IMG/VR virus record: IMGVR_UViG_3300008255_004732
Coordinates: 1-29,596 of that record
DNA length: 29,596 nt
Strand: one strand, 5' to 3'
Source of the DNA: a virus
Taxonomy: Duplodnaviria > Caudoviricetes
The notes below the pieces were generated by a model. It did not search any database and was not told the DNA's origin. It was given only the letters and a program-made list of their open reading frames with translations. A program made the translations under genes and the position numbers. The first letter of the stretch is position 1; the number at the start of each line of letters is the position of its first letter. Positions 9,422-17,166 of the stretch are shown here, piece by piece.

Positions 9422-9667
9422 ATGAAAACTATAACAAAACAAATTACTGAAATAAAAAGAAACTGGTTAGGAATGGAAGTCTCCAGGGTCACTTACGATA
9501 TAGAGGTGCCCCAGAGCTTGGCTTGTGACCACCACTTTGTTTATAAAGATAAGCACGGTGTGGAAAGAACTTGTGAATTGTGTGGACGACATCAAGCATG
9601 GACTGGAGGCGCTAGACCAATATTTGAACAAGACTATCTATTTAATACTTGGATAAATATTATCTAA
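9422..9667 (+). CDS. Phage hypothetical protein (Cys/His motif)
   Basis: 'CDHHF...CELCG'; ATG at 9422 follows the previous stop. Confidence 0.55.
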   Translation: MKTITKQITEIKRNWLGMEVSRVTYDIEVPQSLACDHHFVYKDKHGVERTCELCGRHQAWTGGARPIFEQDYLFNTWINII

Positions 9668-9712
9668 AGGTCAACCCCTAGACCTGTTATAAGAGGGGAT
9701 AAGGAGAAAAGA

Positions 9713-10012
9713 ATGGAACAAGCAGACGTAAGGAAAGATCAACTAACTCCAATGCAAATTAAAATGTTAGAAAAAATGTTGGAGTGGGATAGTGAGTACT
9801 CATACCCTTATTATTATTTTGATGATTTAGCACCACAAAAGGTTTTAAGTAAAGAAATGAAAGGATTAAGGGAACTTGGATATGTTCGCATGTGTAGAGG
9901 TGGGTTGGACGATTATGATGGAACTCTTATTGGTGGAACAAGTTTTATTATTGAGTGGTCAAAAAGGCAAGAAATAAAAAATTTAATAGCAAAATATTAT
10001 GAAAACCTATAA
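9713..10012 (+). CDS. Phage hypothetical protein, possible winged helix
   Basis: AAGGAG RBS; 'LTPMQIKMLE...MKGLRELGYV'. Confidence 0.65.
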   Translation: MEQADVRKDQLTPMQIKMLEKMLEWDSEYSYPYYYFDDLAPQKVLSKEMKGLRELGYVRMCRGGLDDYDGTLIGGTSFIIEWSKRQEIKNLIAKYYENL

Positions 10013-10301
10013 AGAAAAGAGACTAGAAGAGTTTGATAAATTATTAATAAAGTTCGGAAGGGATACTTTGCTGAGTAAAGAAGAGGCCAAACAATTCCTA
10101 TCAGAAACTATTGATGAATCAGATAATCGTGTCATTAAGAAAATAAAAAAGGATTTGAATGTTGGATGGAAAAAACTTTACGATGAGTTGAGGGATGAGT
10201 ATGTTGACGATTATTCGATTGATTATAAGGGTGGAATTTTAAGGGGATACGTTATCATCTTAAGATTCCTTGAATCTCTCTCACATAAGGAGAAAAAGTG
10301 A
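9999..10301 (+). CDS. Phage hypothetical protein
   Basis: ORF in a tightly coupled + strand array. Confidence 0.6.
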   Translation: MKTYKEKRLEEFDKLLIKFGRDTLLSKEEAKQFLSETIDESDNRVIKKIKKDLNVGWKKLYDELRDEYVDDYSIDYKGGILRGYVIILRFLESLSHKEKK

Positions 10302-10381
10302 ACAATGTACTTTTAGCAATTAACGTAACCATATTTATTTGGTTTATCATTAGAGTTATTTATTTCTTTAAGCAAAAATGA
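10298..10381 (+). CDS. 27-aa hydrophobic peptide (not in ORF track)
   Basis: AAGGAG RBS, GTG start overlapping the previous stop; MNNVLLAINVTIFIWFIIRVIYFFKQK; stop overlaps the next ATG. Confidence 0.55.
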   Translation: MNNVLLAINVTIFIWFIIRVIYFFKQK

Positions 10382-10674
10382 AATCAATAGACCCAAGTAA
10401 AGATACAAGTGAAGTGAGGAAACTTGAATATCACAGAGAGGGAGATGTTCTATATGAAGTAGAGTTAATTGAAAAGAGCAGGAGAAAAGTAACGGATGAG
10501 GAAAAATTTATAGATGAAGTTACACAAATTTTGGGACGTACAAGGAGGTCTTATGGACACAATCACGGTGTTGATAGAATATCTGCCATTAACCTTGTCA
10601 GGTGGTTAAAGGAAAGACCCAATGATTACACAGAAAGACTCTCCAAATTATTAGAATTTATCCAAAACATATGA
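10378..10674 (+). CDS. Phage hypothetical protein
   Basis: ATGA coupling on both sides. Confidence 0.6.
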   Translation: MKSIDPSKDTSEVRKLEYHREGDVLYEVELIEKSRRKVTDEEKFIDEVTQILGRTRRSYGHNHGVDRISAINLVRWLKERPNDYTERLSKLLEFIQNI

Positions 10675-10958
10675 AATCACAAACAGAGGGAAAGAAAAGA
10701 CCAGCAATAAGATTTGGCGACCCAAATTCAATTGAAAGTGTGTCACGAGTAGTTGAGAGATATGGAGCAATTGAAGACGAAACTTTTAACGGAATTATTG
10801 AGTGGTTAGATAAACATACCGAAGAATATGAGTATGAAGTTATTTTTGAAATTGGTAACAGGGCAATAAAAACTCACCGTATCGGTAGTGCTATGTATAA
10901 AATAACTGACAATCAAAAAGATGCGAGTGATACGCTTAAAAATTTACAATCAAAATGA
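10671..10958 (+). CDS. Phage hypothetical protein
   Basis: ATGA coupling on both sides. Confidence 0.6.
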   Translation: MKSQTEGKKRPAIRFGDPNSIESVSRVVERYGAIEDETFNGIIEWLDKHTEEYEYEVIFEIGNRAIKTHRIGSAMYKITDNQKDASDTLKNLQSK

Positions 10959-11185
10959 AACCTAAATCAACAGAGGGAAAGGGGGTGAAGCAAAGATATA
11001 CATTCGCTAGCTATTACAAGTATTATTTCATTGTCGTGGGAGAGGATGGTGTGACTTATTACTTAGATGATGACTATTGTAACAGTGATGATATTTATAG
11101 ATTTGATATTAGAGCAAATGGTGAAATGGAATTTGTAGACGGAATTTGGACTATTGACGGTTTACCTTTTAGAAATTATGACTAA
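10955..11185 (+). CDS. Phage hypothetical protein
   Basis: ATGA coupling; Tyr/Asp-rich. Confidence 0.6.
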   Translation: MKPKSTEGKGVKQRYTFASYYKYYFIVVGEDGVTYYLDDDYCNSDDIYRFDIRANGEMEFVDGIWTIDGLPFRNYD

Positions 11186-11205
11186 CCAAAAAATCACTAG
11201 ATACC

Positions 11206-11910
11206 ATGAATAAAGTAAAAGAAAAGAACATGGTCTGTCCATCACCAGAAAATCCCTGTATGTGTGGTTGTCATCCTGGAGCTGAATGTTGGGAATGTAG
11301 AATGGGCAGACATAAGCCTATGACCAAAAACACTAAACCAGTTAACAAACTAGCAGGTATTAAGGCACAACCAAAAGTATTAGCTGGTGTTGGAAATGAA
11401 AATATCAACCACAACAAATACAAAGAGGTTGATGAGGAGTTTGATAAGTTAGATTATTTATTTCATGGAGTAGAAGATGGTGACTATTGTATGGGAGATA
11501 CCATAAAAGTTCCTATAAAAGTAAATGATACTGGTGGTGAAAGAATAGTTGGATATAAAATTGAAGAAGGCCAATGTTTTTGTGAAGGTGAGAAAAATAA
11601 GTTGAAAGTTTTAGACTTCCTCCACCAACAACTAGACAAAGCCTTAAATAAAGAAAGAGAATCAAACATCTCCCTATGCCCTAATTGTAACTGTATGACC
11701 CATAAAATATGTGGTAAATGTGGTTTAGAAAAAGCCTTAGACAAAAGAGATAAGGAGTGGGAGGCAAAGATTAGCACTCTTCTTAGGGGAGATCGTGCTA
11801 AACGAATGGCTGATAACTTAGAAATCTATTCTGGTAGGAGACACTGTGTTATTTGTGGAAGTGATCCAGAAAAAATGGAAGAATATGTTAAAAGTTTATT
11901 AAAACATTAA
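11206..11910 (+). CDS. Cys-rich mosaic phage hypothetical protein
   Basis: Several Cys clusters: CMCGCH...CWEC, CPNCNC...CGKCG, CVICG. Confidence 0.6.
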   Translation: MNKVKEKNMVCPSPENPCMCGCHPGAECWECRMGRHKPMTKNTKPVNKLAGIKAQPKVLAGVGNENINHNKYKEVDEEFDKLDYLFHGVEDGDYCMGDTIKVPIKVNDTGGERIVGYKIEEGQCFCEGEKNKLKVLDFLHQQLDKALNKERESNISLCPNCNCMTHKICGKCGLEKALDKRDKEWEAKISTLLRGDRAKRMADNLEIYSGRRHCVICGSDPEKMEEYVKSLLKH

Positions 11911-11922
11911 AAAGGAGATAGG

Positions 11923-12354
11923 ATGAAACTAAAAGATCAAGTCTGTAGTTTAGAGTTAGCCAAGCGACTTAAAGAGTTGGGAGTAAAGCAAAGAAGTTAT
12001 TTTTGGTGGGTTGAATTGTCACACGAACTTGTCACTACCCAAACAGCAGTAATCAGTGGGATAGAAGAAGAAAGGTGCGAATTAAGAGATATTGGCGTAA
12101 AAAGGATTTGTTCAGCCTTTACCGTGGCTGAATTGGGAGAGATGTTGCCATTATACCTAGAGATAGATGCAAACAAGGGAATTTCCTTTAGTGTAGAAAC
12201 TTGTGGCTTACAAATTTGGAAAACTTACGACAATAAAGGATGGGTTGTGGCATATGGTAATAGGATAACTAGTGACGACACCGAAGCCAACGCTAGAGCT
12301 AAAATGCTTGTGTACTTATTAGAGAATGATTTAATAATTAAAAAAGAAAAATGA
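11923..12354 (+). CDS. Conserved phage hypothetical protein
   Basis: AAGGAG RBS; 'QVCSLELAKRLKELGV', 'AFTVAELGEMLP', 'EANARAKML' is a pattern common in phage early regions. Confidence 0.75.
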   Translation: MKLKDQVCSLELAKRLKELGVKQRSYFWWVELSHELVTTQTAVISGIEEERCELRDIGVKRICSAFTVAELGEMLPLYLEIDANKGISFSVETCGLQIWKTYDNKGWVVAYGNRITSDDTEANARAKMLVYLLENDLIIKKEK

Positions 12355-12557
12355 AATATAATGAAAATGCGCTTTTTCTAGGTATAGACAAGGGGGTTTA
12401 TACTTTTAACTTTAAAAATTACTCTGTAAAAGACAGGGTGATGGTTTGCTTACTAATTCTGCTCAAGAAAGCGTATATCGTAGACAGTAATAAATTTCAT
12501 TTTGTTCAAGTCATGCCACCTAGACGTGGTAAACCAAAGAAAAATGAAAACACCTAA
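12351..12557 (+). CDS. Phage hypothetical protein
   Basis: ATGA coupling to the previous gene. Confidence 0.5.
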   Translation: MKYNENALFLGIDKGVYTFNFKNYSVKDRVMVCLLILLKKAYIVDSNKFHFVQVMPPRRGKPKKNENT

Positions 12558-12759
12558 ATTTACAGAAACAGAATGGATATTGCTCTTTGACGCTATAGGA
12601 GAGAAGGTATCGGAGTATGATGTGATTAGGTTTAACTCTAGGGAATATGAGGCCACCTATAATGCCTATGTGAGGATCTACGATAAAATGTATAAGATTG
12701 AGTTCTGCAGAAAACTCAAGAAGGTTGTTAAACAACTAAAGAAGGAGGTAAATCCTTGA
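12544..12759 (+). CDS. Phage hypothetical protein
   Basis: ATG at 12544 (MKTPKF...), last gene before a promoter and non-coding region. Confidence 0.55.
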   Translation: MKTPKFTETEWILLFDAIGEKVSEYDVIRFNSREYEATYNAYVRIYDKMYKIEFCRKLKKVVKQLKKEVNP

Positions 12760-12783
12760 CACTTTCCAACAATAATATATTAT
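12756..12783 (+). promoter_or_regulatory. Sigma70-type promoter
   Basis: TTGACA (12756-12761), 16-nt spacer, TATTAT (12778-12783). Confidence 0.55.
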
Positions 12784-12788
12784 TTTTA

Positions 12789-12991
12789 TAGATTAACAAT
12801 AAATCTACTGAGAAACCCGTTTTAGGCCCCGACACCTAGAATCAGAATAGAGCAGATGCAATAAGCATCAAATGCTCAATCAAAGCTACCGAACAGATTA
12901 CTTAGAAACACCCCTCAAAGGCCGCCACTTATATTTAGTAGGCGAAAATCCTAGTACTCCACAAGACCCTAGTTGCTTGGGGTCTTTTTTT
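12789..12991 (+). ncRNA. Candidate ~200-nt structured RNA or leader
   Basis: Gap between genes bounded by promoter and terminator; hairpins TAGATT/AATCTA, TTTAGG/CCTAGA, GAGCA-GATGC/GCATC-TGCTC and CGCC-ACT/AGT-GGCG. Confidence 0.45.
12963..12991 (+). terminator. Intrinsic terminator
   Basis: AAGACCCTAG-ttgc-TTGGGGTCTT, with a 7-T run at 12985-12991. Confidence 0.75.
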
Positions 12992-13190
12992 GGTTATAAG
13001 TTTTGTTTCCCAGATGGAACAAGTATTTAGAATTCTCATGGACTATCGAACACCCAGAACCAGGAGTAGAGGCGTCAACGTCAAATATACAGATGTTGGA
13101 ATATGTGGAATAAAACCAATACTAATCAATGAACAAAGAAACGTACTCCCAATAATTACAGATTTATTTATTAAAGAAAAAAATACAAAT

Positions 13191-13415
13191 ATGGATCAAC
13201 AAATACCATCAGTCGGACGAATAGTCCACTATGTTAATTCTAATAATTCAGAGAACAAAGACCATTTGGCAGCAGTCATCACCAAAGTGAATCTTGGATC
13301 TTTCACTGTTGGACTCTGTATCATTAATCCGACGGAAATTTCCTTTGAACAAGAAGTACCGATGTCACTTGAAACCAAGGAAGAAGGGACATGGCACTGG
13401 CCAGAAAGGTCCTAA
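13191..13415 (+). CDS. Conserved small phage protein
   Basis: 'PSVGRIVHY...AAVIT...GTWHWPER' pattern; the track start at 12990 lies within the terminator, so ATG 13191 is preferred. Confidence 0.7.
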   Translation: MDQQIPSVGRIVHYVNSNNSENKDHLAAVITKVNLGSFTVGLCIINPTEISFEQEVPMSLETKEEGTWHWPERS

Positions 13416-13434
13416 TTATTCGTTAAAAACATAA

Positions 13435-13617
13435 ATGTCAAAACAAAGATTCAGCTACAGACTAATAATACAGAAAATTAATGATCCTGTTAGGGATGAC
13501 GACAGGCTTACCCGTTACCATGGAACTGAATTAGAAATAGAGAACATTGAGCTAACCCCAGACGAAGCGGTATCAACGATGTCAATGTTGGCAAAAATCA
13601 GGGAGCATAATAGATGA
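13435..13617 (+). CDS. Phage hypothetical protein
   Basis: ORF track; fits + strand packing. Confidence 0.5.
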   Translation: MSKQRFSYRLIIQKINDPVRDDDRLTRYHGTELEIENIELTPDEAVSTMSMLAKIREHNR

Positions 13618-13778
13618 CGAAATCGAACATAGGATTATCAAGAATTGATGACCACAAGAGCCACATCAGTGGGAGAAGGTCATTAAGGTTCCTACAGAAA
13701 ATAGGTTTTCAAGAGTTTCAAGATAATTATTTAAATGGCTGGTTGAAGTCATACAAACAAGGAGTCGCAAATGAATAG
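13614..13778 (+). CDS. 54-aa hypothetical protein (not in ORF track)
   Basis: ATGA overlap with the previous stop, GGGAG upstream; MTKSNIGLSRIDDHK...KQGVANE; fills the gap. Confidence 0.45.
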   Translation: MTKSNIGLSRIDDHKSHISGRRSLRFLQKIGFQEFQDNYLNGWLKSYKQGVANE

Positions 13779-13953
13779 TGATTTAATTCTCTTAGACTCG
13801 GTGAAGATGGCCATTGATAATAATTTGTATTTAGACGGCCAAAAGGTCATAGACGCTTCCGCAAACGACGGATGTCTTTTCTTAAAACCTGCCAACTCCA
13901 ATACCTTCCAGGCAGTACCGATCTATCAATTCTTATTTAGTCACAACTTCTGA
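13771..13953 (+). CDS. Phage hypothetical protein
   Basis: AAGGAG RBS upstream. Confidence 0.55.
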   Translation: MNSDLILLDSVKMAIDNNLYLDGQKVIDASANDGCLFLKPANSNTFQAVPIYQFLFSHNF

Positions 13954-13977
13954 AAAGCATTTTTTGGAACCCTAGTA

Positions 13978-14175
13978 GTGTGCCCATTGTGTGGAAGTGA
14001 TCATGTTGAAATAAGGGATAATGACTCTACAGAGCTTGATTGGGAATGCAATGATTGCAAGTACGACAACTCCAGAGCAGGTTCTAATTTAAAACTAGCT
14101 TACCAGTGGCTATATCGCATGAGAGAAATGGCAGCCTCAGGAGATCCTATTAGCTATTTAAAAGGCTTTATATGA
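13978..14175 (+). CDS. Zinc-ribbon protein (start uncertain)
   Basis: CPLCG...CNDC. Confidence 0.5.
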   Translation: MCPLCGSDHVEIRDNDSTELDWECNDCKYDNSRAGSNLKLAYQWLYRMREMAASGDPISYLKGFI

Positions 14176-14399
14176 CCGAGATAGAGATAATCACAAAAGC
14201 CATAAGAAAAGCCGAAGTAAACGGTCTAGATACCAGATTTCTATATCAGTTCGGAGAGGATCCCTACTACCCCATGGAAATCATATTCAGACATGACTTT
14301 GCAAAAGCATTTTGGAAGAAAGAAGGTAATTGGAAATACCACCTTATGCAAGCGGTACTAAAGCGTAAACCAATTAATTATTTAAAGAAATTCTTATGA
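14172..14399 (+). CDS. Phage hypothetical protein
   Basis: 'IIFRHDFAKAFW...YHL...PINYLKKFL'; ATGA coupled. Confidence 0.65.
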   Translation: MTEIEIITKAIRKAEVNGLDTRFLYQFGEDPYYPMEIIFRHDFAKAFWKKEGNWKYHLMQAVLKRKPINYLKKFL

Positions 14400-14638
14400 A
14401 TACCAAAACAGGAAAAATAATTACTACGGACGAGCTGAACAAGCTCTCAGAAGAAGAGAGAAAAAATTATATCCAATTATCAGAAGAGCAGCTCAAGATA
14501 TTAGCTGGCTCTCAACCTGATATCAAGCTATTACCTAGTAAAGATATCTCAAATGTATTAATCAGTAAAAAGAAAAGGATTGAAAAGAGAAGAAGAATGA
14601 ATAAGTTAAAAAACAAAAACAGGAGACTACACAAATAA
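14396..14638 (+). CDS. Phage hypothetical protein with basic C-terminus
   Basis: ATGA coupled; K/R-rich tail. Confidence 0.6.
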   Translation: MNTKTGKIITTDELNKLSEEERKNYIQLSEEQLKILAGSQPDIKLLPSKDISNVLISKKKRIEKRRRMNKLKNKNRRLHK

Positions 14639-14639
14639 C

Positions 14640-15188
14640 ATGGATAACAAAATAGACTTCCCAAGAGTAGGAAGGCCACCCAAATTCAAAACAGTAGAGG
14701 AGTTTCAAGACAAGATAGCTGAGTACTTTAGGTCATGTTGGACACAAAAAATTGATATGTACGGCAATCCAGTGTTCGAAAAGGATAACAAAGGTATTAA
14801 AACAGAAGAGAGAGTAATGGTTCAAACAAAACCTTATACAATAACTGGTCTCGCAGTATTTCTCGGTACTACACGTGATTTATTACTTGATTATGAGAAA
14901 AAGAAGAAGTATTCCGACACGGTAAAAAGAGCTAAGAGTATCATTTATGCCTACGCAGAGGAGTTTTTATATTCTGGCAAGAACCCTACCGGAGCAATCT
15001 TCAACCTTAAGTACAACTGGAATTGGAGTGAAAAAACAGAAATTGACTTAACAACAAATGGAGAATCCATATTACAAAATATTTCAGATGAAAAACTTGA
15101 CCAACTCATCCAATCCAAGATCACAAAACTTGGTATTAATGGAGCTATTGAAGGAGAAGGAAAGAAGGATGGCACTAAATCCTCTTAA
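14640..15188 (+). CDS. terS: Terminase small subunit (P22 gp3-like DNA packaging protein)
   Basis: 'GRPPKF...YF', 'PYTITGLAVFLG', 'GAIFNLK'; directly upstream of TerL. Confidence 0.85.
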   Translation: MDNKIDFPRVGRPPKFKTVEEFQDKIAEYFRSCWTQKIDMYGNPVFEKDNKGIKTEERVMVQTKPYTITGLAVFLGTTRDLLLDYEKKKKYSDTVKRAKSIIYAYAEEFLYSGKNPTGAIFNLKYNWNWSEKTEIDLTTNGESILQNISDEKLDQLIQSKITKLGINGAIEGEGKKDGTKSS

Positions 15189-16608
15189 GTATCTCCAACA
15201 GCACCAAAAACAATACGAGGCCTCTTGTTCTGATAGATCAATAAGAGCTCTATTTTGGGGTAACCGTGTTGGAAAGACAGAGTGGGGAGGTCAAGAAACT
15301 GCTAGATACGTAACACCAGAGGCTCCTCTTGAAGTAGAAGTGATTGGTAAGGACAAGATTAGCCTTGGAAAAAAACCACTACCAAAGAGACCTAGACTGG
15401 GACCAGCAGAGATTTGGGTGGGATGTCCATCATTCGATTTGCAGAAAGATACTACCCAGAAGAAACTACAAATGTACCTTCCAAAAGAATCAATAGCACA
15501 TATAACCTATCTTAGGGGAGAAATATGGAAGGATGTTAGGCTAAAGACTGGAGACATTATCACCATGAAATCCTATGAACAAGGAAGAGAGAAGTGGCAG
15601 GGTGCTGGTAAGAGAGTTATCTGGTTTGATGAAGAGCCACCATATGACATTTGGGAGGAAGCTTCTGTGAGACAGGAAGCGGGTATTCCACTAGATATCA
15701 TTCTTACAATGACAGCTATTAAGGGTATGACTTGGGTCTACAACAAAATCTACCTTGCTACTAATAATCCTGATATTTATAGATCAGAAGCAGGGTGGGA
15801 TGATAATCCTTGGCTAACAGAAGATCAGAAAGAAAAAATGAGCCGTGGTAAGAGTAAAGAAGCTATTCTAGTACGTAAAGAGGGTAAATTCATTAAAAGA
15901 GTTGGGTTAATATGCCCATGGTTCTCGCAATCAACACACGTGAGACACTACGACACTCTAGATAGAAGCTGGACATGGTTTGACATCATTGACGGAGGAT
16001 TTAGCGATCCTCTTGCATACTTACTCATGGGTGTAGACGGAGATAACAATGTGCACTTCGTTAAAGGTTTCAGAGAACCCGGATTATTGACATCAGAGAT
16101 TAAGGCCAAAAGAGATGCTATCGTGTCAGGACTCACCATCAACGGAGGATTCTGTGATAACGACAACCCTAGATTAATGGAAGAGTTAAATGAAGGTGGC
16201 ATGAACCTAGTAGCTGTTGAGAAAAAACCAGGAGAAACAAAGAGTTGGGATGAAACTTTGGCCGAGAAACTAGCAGAGTATGGCCAAATACAGAAGGGGA
16301 CTGGTACGCCCAGATTATACATTTCAGACTCACTGATAAAGACAGACGAAGAGACTGGAGATGACTACAACTGGTTGCAACAAGAAATAGAGAACTTGAC
16401 TTGGTTAGAGGTCAGGTCAGGTGACGGGGAAGAAACTAGACCTACTTGGAATGACCATAGAAAGTTTGGACACCATTTTGACGGTGTTAGGGCCGTTGCT
16501 TATGGACTTATGAGCTATATTAAAGATATTAGTAGTGATCCAGACAGAGACCGAAAAGCAAGAGAGGCCGCTAGAGAGATTATGAAACAAATGAGGGGGT
16601 ATTACTAA
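15139..16608 (+). CDS. terL: Terminase large subunit (start uncertain: 15058, 15088, 15139 or 15169)
   Basis: Walker A 'GNRVGKT', 'SYEQGREKWQG', Walker B 'IWFDEEPP', 'DNPWL', RNase H-like 'IDGGFSDP' and 'HHFDGVR'. Confidence 0.92.
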   Translation: MELLKEKERRMALNPLKYLQQHQKQYEASCSDRSIRALFWGNRVGKTEWGGQETARYVTPEAPLEVEVIGKDKISLGKKPLPKRPRLGPAEIWVGCPSFDLQKDTTQKKLQMYLPKESIAHITYLRGEIWKDVRLKTGDIITMKSYEQGREKWQGAGKRVIWFDEEPPYDIWEEASVRQEAGIPLDIILTMTAIKGMTWVYNKIYLATNNPDIYRSEAGWDDNPWLTEDQKEKMSRGKSKEAILVRKEGKFIKRVGLICPWFSQSTHVRHYDTLDRSWTWFDIIDGGFSDPLAYLLMGVDGDNNVHFVKGFREPGLLTSEIKAKRDAIVSGLTINGGFCDNDNPRLMEELNEGGMNLVAVEKKPGETKSWDETLAEKLAEYGQIQKGTGTPRLYISDSLIKTDEETGDDYNWLQQEIENLTWLEVRSGDGEETRPTWNDHRKFGHHFDGVRAVAYGLMSYIKDISSDPDRDRKAREAAREIMKQMRGYY

Positions 16609-16916
16609 TGAGCAATTTACCGGTATTTTTAGGAGTAGATAAAGTCGTCAAGGCAATAGATCATGGAAAGGTGGTCCTCGATCTACAAGTAAGGGCGGGA
16701 AGAATAATTGGGGTAACTACGAATGGTACCAAAAAAACTTTATACAACACCTCTGAAAAAGACATCAACACTAACCAGTCTGCACTAGAGTACATGATTA
16801 AGCGTGTAGCCCAGCAACTAGAATCCGGAGTATCAAGTGAATTGGTTTTTCGAGTTAATAGTAATCAGAACAAGATCAAGAGCATAGAAGTTGAAAGCAA
16901 ACAAACACTAAAATGA
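16608..16916 (+). CDS. Small protein with two alpha-beta-beta repeats (YezD/DUF2292-like by eye)
   Basis: 'VVKAIDHGKVVLDLQVRAGRIIGV' and 'QQLESGVSSELVFRVNSNQNKIKSIEV' share a helix plus beta-hairpin pattern. Confidence 0.55.
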   Translation: MSNLPVFLGVDKVVKAIDHGKVVLDLQVRAGRIIGVTTNGTKKTLYNTSEKDINTNQSALEYMIKRVAQQLESGVSSELVFRVNSNQNKIKSIEVESKQTLK

Positions 16917-17083
16917 ACATAGAAACATCACTTTTACGAATAGAACAGATTAAGCAATGGATTGATAAAAACAAAGAATATCTCTGTCATGCACTCATCA
17001 CTGATAAGACTGAGCTAACCATTTCGATGAAAGGATCTTCGGTTAGATGCAAAGTCACTCAATTCCCAGATGAAGAAAAGTAG
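16913..17083 (+). CDS. 56-aa small protein (not in ORF track), helix plus beta-hairpin pattern
   Basis: ATGA overlap; MNIETSLLRIEQIKQWIDKNKEYLCHALITDKTELTISMKGSSVRCKVTQFPDEEK. Confidence 0.6.
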   Translation: MNIETSLLRIEQIKQWIDKNKEYLCHALITDKTELTISMKGSSVRCKVTQFPDEEK

Positions 17084-17092
17084 TCTGTAGAA

Positions 17093-17159
17093 TGTTATAA
17101 TTTTATTAGTTATCGTAACCAAATTTAGGGCGATCCCGCTTAAAGGGGTCGCCTTTTTT
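17093..17159 (+). promoter_or_regulatory. Leader element copy 1: extended -10 promoter, CGTAACC hairpin, overlapping terminator
   Basis: TGtTATAAT (17093-17101); ATCG-TAA-CC-aaattta-GG-G-CGAT; terminator AGGGCGATCCC/GGGGTCGCCTT with a 6-T run. Confidence 0.75.
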
Positions 17160-17166
17160 GTTGTCT

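Noticed and set aside
10324-10337. Fourth CGTAACC, followed by ATATTTA
   Set aside because: It lies inside a coding frame and lacks GGGCG, the terminator and a promoter.
12808-12845. CTGAGAAAC as a hammerhead ribozyme core
   Set aside because: The required CUGANGA-stem II-GAAA order and three-stem junction are absent.
12990-13190. N-terminal extension of the 141-aa track ORF
   Set aside because: The start lies in a terminator U tract and the recognisable domain begins at ATG 13191.
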